A stretch of 62,942 nt of DNA, counting the filler, from Bipalium vagum (lineage: Eukaryota): the NCBI GenBank assembly GCA_037834085.1. It is 3 parts of 3 records of this genome, joined end to end, with 100 filler letters (N's around TTAATTAATTAA, not from the genome) between each part and the next. Parts side by side here need not be neighbours in the genome. Positions count along the whole stretch, not along the records: positions 1 to 19,000 come from JBBMKC010013702.1; 2 more parts are not named here. One strand, written 5' to 3'. Every line of letters starts with the position of its first letter. Position 1 is the stretch's first letter. The translations under genes and the position numbers were made by a program. The notes beneath the pieces were generated by a model. That model had not been told where the DNA came from. It was given only the letters and a program-made list of their open reading frames with translations, and ran no database searches. This document shows, in pieces, positions 1 through 14,500 of the stretch.

Positions 1-689
1 ATTCGAATATCGAATTTTAAAAAGGACACTTTATAAAAATTTAAAAATTCAAAAATATGTTCAAATACTCACAGTTGCAACCTAAAAGAAAATTTAAAAT
101 GATAAAAAATTTCTATAATTATATTTATCTCACTATAATTTCAATATTAAACATTTTTCCTCCTTTTAATTTCATGTCTATTAATTGTTCTTGTAATAAA
201 ATTACATTTAATTTTTCTTTAAAACCTTTTTTTTAAAACATGAAAAGTTACACCTGGTCTGGTTGATCTTTTAAGTCAAAAAAAAAGTATAGAATATAAA
301 TTTTGAAATTTTAATGAACTTATCGAGGATCGAAACCAAAATATAGTAGACGGAATTGAATGATTTCCAACTTTAGATAAAACAAAAACAAATTATATCA
401 TTATAGTTTAACCATTATCAAAAATAGGATATTGATATGTATAAATAAAATTCCTTTAAAGAATTAAATAACAATTAAAATCATTATGTTTTTTTTAAAA
501 ATACTTATAATTATTTGGTGCGAAATTAAATTAAATCCAAATTATATATTGTTATATTTTAAAAAGAGAAACATTTTATCTTATAAATTTAAATTGAAAT
601 TGGTAAGGTTATTGTTTCTCTATGACTTTTAACACTAATTTGAAAACATATTTTTCATAAGTAAAACGAATAAGTAAAAAGAAAAACGG

Positions 690-1580
690 CTTACATTAAC
701 TTAAGATTCAAAATATGATTCCTTAAAAGATGCAGGGTGGTCGAATATGAAGACAGATCTTTATCCTTAAAGGTATCACGTTGTAGTAAATAATTATCGC
801 AAGGATAAAGAAAATTATGATAAATATAGAAATAATGGAAAGAAATCCTCTTTATATTCAACAGATAAACGACATATTTTCACTAAAGCTGTTAATGGTC
901 ATCTGTCATCTTCTCAAATACAATTAGATACAAATACAATAGATATGAAATTACCAGTTACAGTACGGATAATAAAACAAATATTAAGAGAAAATAATTT
1001 ATAAGAATGGAAGAAGAGATAAAGTTAACTTAAATTAACCAATAAGCATAAGATAACGTTCACCGAAAATTAGATGACATTGGATCAGGAATGGGAAAAA
1101 GTTTTTTTTAATGATGAGAAAAAGTTTAATCTAGATAGTCCTGACGATTGTCAATATTATTGGCGCGACTTTTAAAAAATTTGAAGGTGAAAATGCAGAA
1201 GTCGTAACTTTGGCGGAGAATCATTGATGATATGGGAAACTTTCTCATTCACCGAGAAGTTACCTTTAGCATTTATATCCACTAAGATGAAGGAGACGGA
1301 TTATATAGATTTACTTTCGGTTCAATTAATTGACTATGCAGACCCATTATTTAACGGAAATTTCGTGTTTCAAAATGATAATGCACATATTCATGGTGCG
1401 TGACGAAAAAGTGGCTTAAAGATAAAAATGTTAATTTTTTACAGTGGCCATCACATAGTCTAGACTTGAACCCAATAGAAAAACTATGGAGTATTATTGT
1501 TTAGCGTGTATTCACCAATGGGAGACATTTTAACAATACTGTTGATTTATAAAAACTAACCGAAATTAATAGAAAAACAG
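690..1580 (+). mobile_element. Decayed Tc3-like (Tc1/mariner DD34E) transposase, 3'-truncated
   Basis: Manual translation across stops and frameshifts gives [49 protein letters not shown] and [15 protein letters not shown]. These match the Tc3 motifs SDEKKFNLDGPDG, FQQDNA.IH and WP..SPDLNPIENLW. Confidence 0.9.
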
Positions 1581-2520
1581 AATACAAGATGTGGTAAAAT
1601 TTCACTTCCTTCTAATTGGGTAATTTTATTTTGCTTTACTTACGCAGTATTCTGATGAGCCTTATCCTATTGCAGAAGCACCCGCTTTTTGTTGACTAAA
1701 GAAGGATATTTTATAGCTAATTGTTGATACATCCGATCGAGTTGAGCAGAATATAACTCAGCAGTAATGGTTTGACTATCTGGAAGTACTTCAAAGTGTA
1801 TAGTCCCCTCAAAGTTCCACCACACGCACAACATGATCTTTTTTCCGAACCTGTCTTGGGCTTTTGGCCTCGTTCCAACCATTGATTTCTTCTGTTTGGA
1901 TTAAAAAAATATATCCATTTTTCGTCGCACTTGACTATGCGACGTATAAAGCATTCATCATTTGGATTATTTAATAACGGCAAATCGACAAACGGCGTCA
2001 GTTTGACTTGGTGTCAAATCATGCGGTACTTCAGAAACGCGATTGTATCGCTTGTTATGTTGATGTAGATGACGAATCACGAATGGTTGTGATGTTCCGG
2101 TCACAGCCGACAATCAACGCGTACTATTTGATGGATTAATTTCTACGGCTTTGAGAATAGCTTCCGAATCTACAGTGGTGGGACGCCCACTGATAGGATT
2201 ATCATTGAGGTCTATGTCACCCTTGTTGAATTTTTTGAGCAGTTCTTATGGATTTTTCGACTTCACATTTTTTCTTTGCAACATCTATGGCTCTGAAATT
2301 CTGCTTCCAGTAATGTTTCAGAAGTATACAGACTGCTAATTTATCCATGCTTCCTTTCTGAAAAAATATATATACACAAAGTACATAATTAAAATTATCT
2401 TACGCGTCTCTTTGTCAGCTTTTAAATGGTGTGTAACTTGTTAATATTAAAAAAATAATATATTAAAGACTTTCTTTTAAAGTTTATATAGAAAAAACAC
2501 GAACTTATGAATGAACCCAA
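1580..2520 (-). mobile_element. Decayed mariner (DD34D) element, 5' TIR present, 3' end lost
   Basis: ORFs 1717-1983 and 1667-1882 give RIVKCDEKWIYF and KKIMLCVWWNFEGTIHFEVLPDSQTITAELYSAQL. The frame continues to ..EILPHL near 1585. The 5' end reads TA|TTGGGTTCATTCATAAGTTC on the minus strand at 2522-2501. Confidence 0.9.
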
Positions 2521-3229
2521 TATATTAAATTAAGTATTTAATTAATTATTATATATACTTATGGAGTTTCCCAAAACGCAAACAATATTATATAATGAAG
2601 AAAAATGCACCGAATTTTTATTTGAAAGAAATTTATTAGAAATTACAAGAATTTACCCCCAATGCCAAAAATTGATGAATCTGGAAATGAGAAATAAAAG
2701 ATTCAGGTGTTAAATCAAAATATGCAAGAAGATAATACCAATCAGAAAAAATATTTTTGAAAGGCATAGTATTCAATGGCTCAATTATTGTTGATTAAAT
2801 TGTTTATTAAATTACTGGATTAATAATCCAACAGTATCCATTAAGGATTGCACAAAAAAAACCCAAAAACTGTTTGCTTATTATTTACTGATCTCTAAGA
2901 GACCACTGAAGCAATATAAAATTTCATCGAGAACAATATCGATTGAGTACGATTGATTAAGTAACACATCTACTCTCAGTTCTTATAGCATGTTTCTGAA
3001 AGACTTAATAAATAGCCACTTATTTTCATGTAGAAATAATACTTTCCAATGTTAAGATATGGAAAGTAAACCTAAATGTAAACTTTTGACCACAAAAGTT
3101 TACAATATTGACTGCAGGGAAAATATTTAATAATTTTTGAATATTACTTTAACTAAATAATTCTATTTTAATAGGCAGCGGCTTTTAAAACAGAAAATTT
3201 TAAATTAATAATTTTTCATTTATTATCAT

Positions 3230-4153
3230 TGTTGGGCTTACCAAAGACACCTACCCAGTAAATAATACTGAGGACGACGAAAAGGGTTTATGTAATAATA
3301 ATAACGAAAATAATAATTAATAAGTTAATTAATCATAAAAAAGAAATAAAGAAACGCACTAAAGATTTTTATTTTAGAATTATTTAAAATTCGAAAACAA
3401 CTCTTAGAAAGTAATTTTATTTTATAAAGGGTAATTCTAAAATAATAATAGTAATTACAAAAGGAAAAGTGAAAATTTTAAGGAATTTTAGGGCTTTAAA
3501 AGATGTTTTTAGATTTTTGAGATTATTTCAAGAATAATCTTCAAATCAAAATCACCATCAGAAAAACCACATAAGCAGAGAGATTTCAGTAGAATTTCAC
3601 CCTCAAAAACATTCAAGAAAGACGTTTTCAAATTATTATTGAGTCTCAGAAGAGTTTATCGTTATCAAAGAAGAACAGTTTTTTTTGACGAACATCGATG
3701 ATTTTTCTAGAATTTTATCAATTATTAACGAAGTACTTTTATTTAATGAAAATTTTCCTGGGATTGTGCGTTAGCTACCCACCAGAGGACAATTTCTGAG
3801 CAACATTAAAGGTTTATCTGATAATTCGGTAAGCTTGAGCAAAGATAGGCTGAATATTGTTTATTATGTTTCCTTAAATTTAATAAGGAATTATTTTAAT
3901 ATAAATTTTGTTTTAATTAAGTTATTACTTTAATTTGGTTTTCAATTAACATTCTATTTTGATTGATAAGACATTTTAGACATTATTGTGATCCCTTTGT
4001 TGAGTTTCAAGATTTTGTGTAATTGTTATCATTGTGATTTTGTATGAGTTATTGTGATATTAATACAAGTTATTGCTTTACTGATTTTTATTATTTTGCA
4101 AGAGTTGGAGTCAGGTTTAATTTTTATACACTAAATAGTGAAAGTCATTAATA
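3230..4153 (+). mobile_element. Solo LTR-like repeat, copy 1 (~920 bp)
   Basis: Starts TGTTGGGCTTACCAAAGACACC and is colinear with 39130-40042 (TGTTAGGTTTACCCAAGACACC...GGAGTCAGGTTTA...ATACACTAA). It also matches inverted partial copies at 8333-8518 and 37995-38560. No ORF and no clear TSD. Confidence 0.65.
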
Positions 4154-5542
4154 CTTTTTCATGTACTATAATGACCCTCAACTCTTTAATATAGAAAACC
4201 CCTCATTATTACTGTGATTATCTGAAATATTATTGTTGTTTACTACAACAGTAGTATTATTTAAAAATGACCTTCTTTTAATCACGACCAATTCTGTCAA
4301 AATACATTTTTTGTAAATAAATTAAAATATTTAGTTTTTAAATTGAAACACCAAACAGTCAGATTGTCATCGAGATTTTATCAATAAATAAAATCTTCTG
4401 AACGTTCAAAATTTCTATAATTTACAACATATATAATAATTTTTATTCTTACAGAAATTTTGGATTGATTTATTGAAATAATGGTGTATATAAATAAATA
4501 TCCAAATCTGAAATCGTAAGAAAATAAAATATTACTTGTATTAATAGAAATCAACCAAGAATACTGCGCTGTTCTGTTTAAATTAATTTGATTTTTAAAT
4601 CTATCTATTCAACGAAATTAAAAAAAAGAAATCTTTTAAAATAAATAGAAAAATACTCAAAAATTTAAGAATAAAAAATAACTTTAAATTTTCGAAGACA
4701 GAAAAGCTAATTCCATCTATAAGTTTTCATTCCTGAAATCAATTCCCGGTGTTAAAAATATGATCTTTCTAATAATATTGAAAACTGAAATATTTCAATA
4801 AATAAAAAACCAAAACAACCATTTTAATAAATTGCATTGAATAACGAAGGTACAGAAGTGAAAATAAAATCGAACCCTTACGGAAATGCATCTCTAAATA
4901 TTTAGAAAATAAATATTTTATTGCTACAGTAAACTATTATAAATGTTTCTTCGAAACATAGTAAAAATATAAAGATATACACTCTACTGAAACTAGAAAA
5001 AATCGATAATAATAATAATTTATAACGAAAAAGAAATCCACAAGATTATCCGGAATATTACCCAAATTCTGCAAAAGTTAAATCAGCATCCTGGAAAATT
5101 ACAAAAACCGATCCAACGATCCCAACCAAGGACATTGGACAAATGAAATAAAAAATCAATACTACAATAAAAAATTAGAATTTCCACAATTAAATATGTA
5201 TTTTTTTTGAAAAACTCTTTAATAAAACAACACGCAAAATCATTCAAATTATTTTCTTTTGCAGAAAATCAATTCAATACACACACGAACTCCAAAACAT
5301 AAAAACAGACAATCACGCAGTGAACCAAACAAATAATCAGACTGGCAGAGACACACAAACATACATACAACACACACCCGCAAGATACAGATACGTTGTG
5401 AAAAAAAATGTTTAGCACAGCCTCCACTAGGTAAATAAATTTCACAGCAACACAAAATTGGAATGTAGTGAAAAACCAAAATGGAATTTTTTTTCAATAA
5501 ATAAAACTCGTCTGAAAATACTCACAAGAAACGAAAAAAATC

Positions 5543-8500
5543 TCACTGAAGAAAATTGTCATCGTCTATTATCGATCGACCAAGATTTGCTTTTCTTGTT
5601 CTAGGTACGCTTGCCGAATGCTTTCTTAATGTTTTCAATGCTTGCCGTTCCGTCTCGGGACAGCCAAGTTTGACCGTGGAAGTCGGTCTGCTTTATTGAT
5701 TGGGAATTAGTACTGGTGTTGACCTGAACCAGCGAAAAAATATTAAAAATATGAACAAAATCAACGATGAGCAGCAGAAGCAGAACAGAAACATAAAAAC
5801 CATGACGAAACAGACAAAAGAATAAGATTCATAAGATATAATGAGAAGAAAAAAATTAAAAATCAATATTGTTAGTGAAAATTAGTCGGAGATACCGGGA
5901 TTCGAACCCGGGACCTTCCCATGCGCATGCTCTGACCGCTGAGCTACACCCCCGACTAATTTTCAATTTATCTTACAAATATTAAAATATTTGATTTAAA
6001 ATTCAGAAAAATCAAAATCATAAATTTTTTTCAGAAAGTAATTTTTAAGCAAAAATAGCTGATATATAAAAAAACAAAAATAAATATATTATAGAAAACA
6101 ATGAGTTTCAAATTCTTAAATTTGAGAAAGTATTCGATTCCAGTCCTTTGCGAACAATGCTTTCGAAAAAGAGGAAACATAATTTAAAATCTCAATTCGT
6201 TGGAAACATTATAGCGTATCTCTTTTGATGGGCTGAGATAATATTATTGATTGAACTTCAGAATAAAGCTTGAGTTAATCTCGAGTTTATTTAATTTTTT
6301 TAATAAATCAATCAGAAATTTATTTACTTCAGATTTTCAAAACTAAAGAAAACATTAGATTAAATAGAGTCAATTCTATTTCAAGTTTAGATATAAATCA
6401 ACAAAAATTTTTATAATAATGAAAATAAAAATCAATCCTGAAAAAAATTAAGAACTTTCTTATTTTTGCACTGAAATCTATTTACCACAATATCGCAACA
6501 TTTTTTTATTTACTCATAAATTTTGAAAAAAATTAAAAAAATTTTGGAAAAATTATTTTAAATAATAAATCCATGTTCCAACTCCGCTGTCCAATCAAAC
6601 ATAAAATAGTAAAAATCCATTTATTTATTTATTTATTTTATTTATAAGACACAATATTGAAATGTGAATATTCTCATAGAAAACTGATAGATCAATGAAA
6701 ATAAAATAATTATCAATATACAAATTATTTTATTGAGTTAAAAATTGGCAAATGTTTGAACAGTTAGAAAATAAAATATGGAAGATTTTAAACAATAGAG
6801 GTGAATGGGGTTACATTTTCTCAAAGATGTTCGTGAATTTCAATTGAATATAAAGCAATAAAACGTACCGTCTTCTGAGGGGCACTAGGTAATAAAGACA
6901 TGGAACTTGCTTTTTTCATTCTGTAAATATTAAAGACAATAAACAAAATAAATCATTTTCAAATGAAATAGTTTGACTATTTGAGAACTAAATTAAATTG
7001 TGAGAATTTTCCCGTTTTATGAGTTTTAAGGGTATAAAAACGCTATTTGAAACCCAATAATATTTTTTATGAGACTTAATAATAAATAGCTTGAGTGCAA
7101 TATGAAATTCAATCTAATTATAAAATTAAAAGCCCCTGATAATACTATTATATCTTGATTGAGTATTGGCAATTTTGAAAATGATTTGGCATCGAATAAA
7201 ATTAATTTTCTCAAATCTATACACGAAAAAGTAAACAACGACACGGAAAAGTCCTTAAATTTCTATTTATCAATATCTAAATTGAAGAGGTATGATATTT
7301 AAGAATTATACAGGTCTCTAATTTTAGGAATATGAATCTTTCATTATTTACGCACATATTCAAGTTCTCTAACAAAAATATCGAGACAGGACATTATATA
7401 ATAAAAAAATCTGACAAAGTTTCAAGCTTAGTCATTAATTGGAAATTCAAAATGTTAAAACACCGTTGCGAGTCACTATCAATTTTTTGTGATAAAATAA
7501 CTTTATTAAGTAAACTATAATTATATTTTCAAAAAAAATGATCAATCGATAAATTATTAATTTAAAAACGGGTCGCATGGATCAAGGAATTATTTATTCA
7601 TTTAAATCAAATTTAAGAAATTCTTGAATAAAAAAGTTTTTTTTCAAGCCGAATATTTAAATGTGAATTATAACGATAACATTGCTTGAAGCTGTATTTT
7701 TGATGGTTGAAGCTTGGAAAAGTGTAATAAGCTGTTTCAATAAGGCTTTAGCAAATTTAGATTTTTATATAACTGGAAAATTAGAGCACTTTTGCTGAAA
7801 ATCGACCAGAAGATTTGGAACTCATTTATAGATTAAAACAGTCGTTTTTGATGGAAAGAAATTGAAGAAACTCGACTTTTTTATTATTTTGTTAAGCAAA
7901 ACAAATAATTAATATACTTTTATACTGATATTTTACCAATTATTGTATAATATTTTTTAAAAAATGTTGTTATTGTGTACATTTAATCTTTTAATTTTTT
8001 GTAAATACCAAAAATTTTTCCGATTAAAATTATAAATAATCTTTTATAACCAAAAATTTAAAAGCTGTTAAAACTTAAAATTTTATGGTCATTGACATAA
8101 TTTTAAAATTTTTCTGATTAAAATTATCAAGACTCATGATAATTTTATGCAGAGACCACTGTATGTCATGAGTAGTTTGAGATCCCAAGGCTCATGGGGA
8201 CGGAAACAAAAATGATACATAAGGGTCTAATAAACAAACCAAAGATGAGGAAATAAACCAATATCCACTTCTCACGGTATATTGGAGGAAATAATCTTCT
8301 AATGGTAATCTTCTTCTAATAAAAACAATATTACAGCTTATCTTCGTTCAAGCTTAAAATTATCAGATGAATCCTTACTGTTGCTCAGAAATAGTCCTCT
8401 GGTGGGTAGCTAAAGCACAATCCCAGGAACAATTTCATTAAATAAAAGTAATTCGTTAATAATTGATAAAATTCTAGAAAAATTATCATTGTTCGTCAAA

Positions 8501-11500
8501 AAAAAATATTCTTCTTTAATATTCTTAAATTAATTATTCAAAAAATTGAAAAGAGAGGTCATTAAAAATTACAGTTTTTAAAGAATATTAATTACTGCAA
8601 CGTCTAGAAATGTAAGTTATCACAAAGGTACGAATGAAAATAATATTCGTAGAATTGTGATCGAGTTTGAAAAAGAGCATTTTACAAGATGAAAGAATAT
8701 CAGTTTTTAGAATAAATTTTCGTACCTAAAAACACAAGATTGCTACAAGAATGTCAATCAACAAATAAACGCACCTGATCCGAACGAGTCTTAATAGTTT
8801 CGGGTACCTCAAATATAAATAATAGTAACGTTTGCAAAATATTTACCATTTTCACAGTTACTTCAGATTTAAATTCATGTAACGATTGACTTCTTTTGAG
8901 GACTTGTGAGATATCTCACCAGAAAAATGCAATTTAACGAAAAAATACACATTACCAAGCACAAGACTCAACAAAATCAAAATCACATTTCATATTGATC
9001 AATTACATATATTTGATTTTGAAGAATGCGAATAAATATCTAACCTAGTCAATAAATCGTATTGATTATTTTTCGTACTCATTTCTTTAACTTTTTATAA
9101 TTTAAATAAAACTACTTCAAATTTAATGGGAAAGCTGAATACAAAAATAGACGAGCTATTTTCAAAATAATTAACTTTGATTTCACCGGAAATACAATAC
9201 ATTTCCATTTTAGGTATTCTTTCATACATACTATGTAAAAAGTACTCAGAAATTATAATTTTTAATAATTATTTATTATTAAATTATAACTCAATAACTG
9301 TGTATCACACGTAGAATTTTTGTTGGATTCATCAATCAGAGTATTAACGGTATACCTTTGAATTATTCTTATCCATATATCGTCTGCCATTTTCAAGTAA
9401 AGATCGCCTCAAATTTTGTGTTTCAAACTGAATTTTTAACCGATTTTCTGAAAATGTTTCAGAAGAACTTTCAAGACTCACATATGCAAAAAATATGAAT
9501 TGTATAAAGTATTCGAAGATATCAAAGAAGAGAGTTGATTATGGTTGACCATCAATCTGTACAACCAACGAAAAAAATGACAAAATCAAGAAGTTAGTGC
9601 TAAAAAATCATTGTATGAGTGTTAGAGAGTTAGCTCATGAATTGAATATATTATTTAAGTCAGCTCATTATGAAGAATATTTTGAAAATGAAACGCATTT
9701 CTACCAGACTGATTCGAAAGACCTCAATATTTTCCAAATGAAGCTTAGAAACCATTTTACTGTACATAGGATTTTTCAAGCCTTAAAACACCCAACAACA
9801 ATACGACACGAACAAGGATGGAGTTGTTCATTTTCGCATTAACATAAAATAGTTAAAGTGCCAGGGTCTTTTGCGACCATGTACTTCGATGCGCATTCGA
9901 TCTAATCGGATACTCCATGGGAACTTCCTCCCAATGGCTCATTAGCGCTTTGTCATTAAAGTCAATCATAATTTAACATTCCGATTTCACCCATTTATAA
10001 CTTAATTAAGAATAAAAACATGATTAGTATAATATGTGGTTCTGTGGAGGAATTCCAGGTCCACATCCTCAACCATGTGTTGGTTCTTCTTGGGTACTTC
10101 TTAAGGGGAATAGGCTTAGACTTGGACGTTAATGTAACACCAATGGAATTTGAGGCTAGAATTCCTGCGAAATACCAGATTCATCTGGTGGATATCAAGA
10201 TTCATTATGTCAATGAAAGGCACTTTACATAAAATAGAAGAACCAATCAGTGGAAATATCAAAACCTAGCTGCTGAATTGGGAGTTCGGTTCCGTCAACC
10301 ATTTTCTTCTGGATGTTTAATCTCGAGTGTCCTGAGTCGTGGGACCCTGAGAAAGACAGAAATTTCAAAAAGTAAGACTTGAAAGAAATGCAAATATTGA
10401 AAGTTGACCAGAAAACCAAGTTGAACTCGAGTTGAGAAGTAGAGATCTCCATTGACAGAATACCCTGTTGTCCTCACTGATGGTATCCTCATGTTAGCCT
10501 GGTACTGATGAGTTCGTGAAGGAGAGAAAAATATTACAAAATCAAAAGCAGAATCACACAGTCATGGATGTGAAGATATCCGAATCCAATAAAAAAGAAT
10601 CGTGTATATTATAATATATTCTACAATTAGTTTCTTGTTTCAATTATTTTCACAAGATTGTAATTATATAATGTCTTTATTGGTATAATGGAACATAGAA
10701 CTCAAAGTTTATTTTTCCGAAAAATTCCAACAAGATCTAAATTGCGATACAGTTTATCAAGTCAAATTATTGAATCATAAAATTACTGATAAGAAAATTA
10801 ACAAATTAAACTGATTTTAATAAAATTAGCAATTATTAAAATATTTTTCTTACGTACATGTAACAGTATATTTTATTTTCATTTTAAGAAAATTTCGAAC
10901 AAAAATTTAATTTAATCTCATTCACATAGAGGTTTTCAAAAAATCAATAATCGTAAATTAAACCAAAATAAAAAAAATGTATCTGAAGAAAATTTGACTT
11001 TATCTACGGAAAAAGATGAAAGTAAAATCTTTTAAACATATCTCAAAAAGCTCACCTTCCATTACCATTGCTGTAATAGTCATTTCCACCAAAATGAAGA
11101 TTTTGTCCATTATCCCTCATATTTGGACTTTTACTTAACCTTGATTGCCAGTTATCGTTCATACTGGTTCTAAATGGTTTAACTGGGCCGGAATTTTTGT
11201 TTAGATTGTTAGGACGTGTCATAAGATTGGACTTCATCTGGTTTGTTCGCTGAACACTCCATATCATCTAAGAAAATGAATGAAATTTCCAATTTTCATT
11301 TACGGGCTTATTCATTTTTAAACTAATAAAATCAATATTTATTTGCAACGGTTTCAGAATTTTTATCGCTCATAATAAAAATTAGAATATCTAATTAAAG
11401 ATCTGTGATATTTATCAGTTTTCTATGATCCATTCACTCTTAATAAAATGATCATAGAAAACGATGATCTGTTTATTATATAAACGTAATGTTACAATTT

Positions 11501-14500
11501 ACGTTCGACAATGTATGATTGTAATGAAATCATTATTATTTTTTATTGATCTTTTGAACGCAGGAAAAAAACTATTTGACATTGCACAAGCTCTTGGAGT
11601 ACACCGAGCAACAGTATTTCGTGTCCAAGCAGGTTTCAAGGTAAAAGGAACTATAGACAGCCTGGTAGTGGAAGACCTAGGTGGAAGACCAGGTAGTGGA
11701 AGACCTAGATCCAAGCGTACACCATTTACCATCAATGCAATGAAAGCCAGAATAAAGAGAAATCCTGATAGATCCATGAGACAGATGGCCAATGACCTCA
11801 ACATGGGCGAAAAATCTATGAGAAACCTCATTAAATATGATACTGGGGCTAGATCTCTTAGTAGAACTTCACGGCCTCTATAAAAAACAAAAATGAAAAT
11901 AAATTGAAACGATGTAAACGCATACTTTCATTTTTGAAGAAAAGTAAGCACATTATCTTGTTTTCTGATGAGAAGATATTCACTGTAAACTGTGCCTCAA
12001 ACAGCAGGAATGAGAAATATATTGTAAAAGGTGGAAAAAAACAAATTTCTGATAATATCAAGCATGTATTTAAAAAGAAATATCCAATCCAAGTCATAGT
12101 ATTCGGTTTGGTTGCATCAGATGGCAAAAAATGCCACTTGTTTTCGTGAAGAAAAACGATAAAATGATTGCTGATGATTATATTCAAATATTCAATACTT
12201 GAGAATGACGCCAAGCCTTCGATTGACTTAAACTACCATTTTGAGGATCCAGTTGTGTTCCCCCAAGATGGGGCCCCGTGTCATACATCTAAAAGACTCA
12301 AAACTGTCTTGATAAAAATTTTCTGGCTAAAGGATATATAGCCTTCTAATTATCCAGATATCAATCCCTTGGATTTTTCTATCTAGGCGAATCTTCAGTC
12401 TAATGCTTATAATAAATCACATGCCAATATCAATGCTCTCAAGGTCAGTTTAATCAAAGTGTGGGATTCCGAAGAATTCATTGCAGAGACATGCCAAAGA
12501 TACCGAACCAGAATTGAAAAAAATATTCAAAATAATGGTGGATTAATTGAATAAATAAAATCTGTATATATCTGTATATATTCATTTTGTATAAATAAAA
12601 GTATTTCTTCGAAATTCTTAGCTGAAATTTTTTTTTCAAAAAGTCACAATTTTTATTCCCAATCTGGTAATCATCAAATTAGTAAAAAATAATGAAAATC
12701 AATGAAATCTTACAAAACCCTATGTTTAAATACATTTTATAAATATAAAAATTAAATTACATCAGGTCCAACATAACCAGATGATGTTCTCTGACCCATT
12801 CCATGAGGTGTTTTCGCAATTGCGATTTTTTCTGATGTAGCACTGTGACGGATATTAACCTGTTCATTTTGCTGTATGTCATTTTGTTGCTTAATAATGG
12901 TTAAAAATAGTAAGGTTTTAAAAAATATTTTCATGTTTATCATAAATATACATGTGCACCATATAAGTAGTAACTCAAAAAAATAATATAAAATAAATTA
13001 TATTTTTACACCATATACTTTTATTTATATAGGTTAGGTTATATCAATTTGGTTTGTTACGATTTTTTATTTAATAGCGAAAATTTTGAAATGAGCTTTG
13101 AAACAGTACGAAATCTAAGTAATGTTCAATTTCTTGTTATGAAAAGAATAAAATGCAATCAAATAATTGTAGAATTGCTTTTTATTTTTGCTTGCCCATC
13201 GCAATACACAATATATTATTGATATATTACATTTCTGAATGGTAGAAAACCTGTTTTTGATGAACATAAATGGAAAATTCCTCCAAAAATCAATGGTAAA
13301 AAAACTGAAATAATAAAAGTTACGTAAAACACCGAGTTGTGACTTAAAGTCATATATATTTTTAGGTAATTTATTTATTTAGGTCCACCTTCAACTGAAA
13401 ATGTTGTGCAACAAATATTAAACTAATTATATTGTGTAAGAAATAAAGGAAATAAATCAATAATGAATTTAAGTAATTTATTTAAAAATATCTCTTAAAG
13501 GATTCAATTTACTTAAATATTTTTGTTTCTAGTTTTCTGAACCGACCTATTTCTGATATGAAGAATAATAATATGCGAAAACTTGCTTTACCAGTAAAAA
13601 ATGTGACAACTATAATAATTTAATGTTCATTATTTTTGAGTAATTTCTATTTTGAGAGTGCTTTGAAAAAGAAAAGTGGATTTAAAATTTGCATTGACGA
13701 ATTTCTAAATTTTTGTTTCGATTGATTTTTTTTAATGTAATGCATTATAAAACAGTAATGCAACATATAATGTAATTCTAAAAGCTATTCAAATAAAATT
13801 TAACTTTTTTATTTTTTCAAATCACATTTCATTAATAATTTTATCATTTTTTATTAAATAATATATTTTATTGATAAAAGTATTATTAATAAAGAAAAGT
13901 TCGACTCATAAAGAGAATTTCTGAAACTTAAATACTAGAAATTTTTTTATATATGATCAAACAGAGTTATTATTACGGAAGTATAAGTTATTCGGAAGCT
14001 GGTTATCTTCAACTTCTTACTATTTTCATGTATGACTGCGAAAAAATAACCATATAACTACATAAAAACAGACGAAATGTTCTCTACTGATGCATGTAAT
14101 TGAATATAACGGATTTGTTTATTTAATCTAAATAAATATAAATTGAAAATCTTACAAGATTACTGAACAAGAAAATTAAAAACAAAATTTCAATGATTAC
14201 AGAATTCTTATCGAGCATGAAAGGATAAGATTCGATCTTCTTTATACGCTTTGGTAGTTTTAAAAATCCTTATATTAAGATTTTTTGTGTACCAGGGTTG
14301 AATTATAAAAATAAATTCTCACTTGAGGTTAACAAAAACAGACGCTACGTTTATGTTAAGTTTTGTTAATTTTCTGCTGCTGATTTTAATAAAGTTGTTT
14401 AACTGTTAAATCTTAAATTTTCATGTGATCTTTAAAAAATGGTTAAGGTAATTAATAAAGAATAAATTTCAAAAATATCATATTAATTGTTGGCTCAAAA

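Noticed and set aside
3757-3850. HDV-like ribozyme (GAGCAAC...GCGAAG similarity) in the LTR-like repeat
   Set aside because: Could not build P1/P2/P3/P1.1 consistently across the four copies; kept only as a conserved stem-loop.
10505-10530. CTGATGAG...GAAA resembling a hammerhead ribozyme core
   Set aside because: No proper stem II closing onto CGAAA and no stems I/III. It is the reverse complement of a splice acceptor and pyrimidine tract.
11499-12214. Minus-strand ORFs of 110 and 118 aa
   Set aside because: Antisense shadows of the maT transposase.
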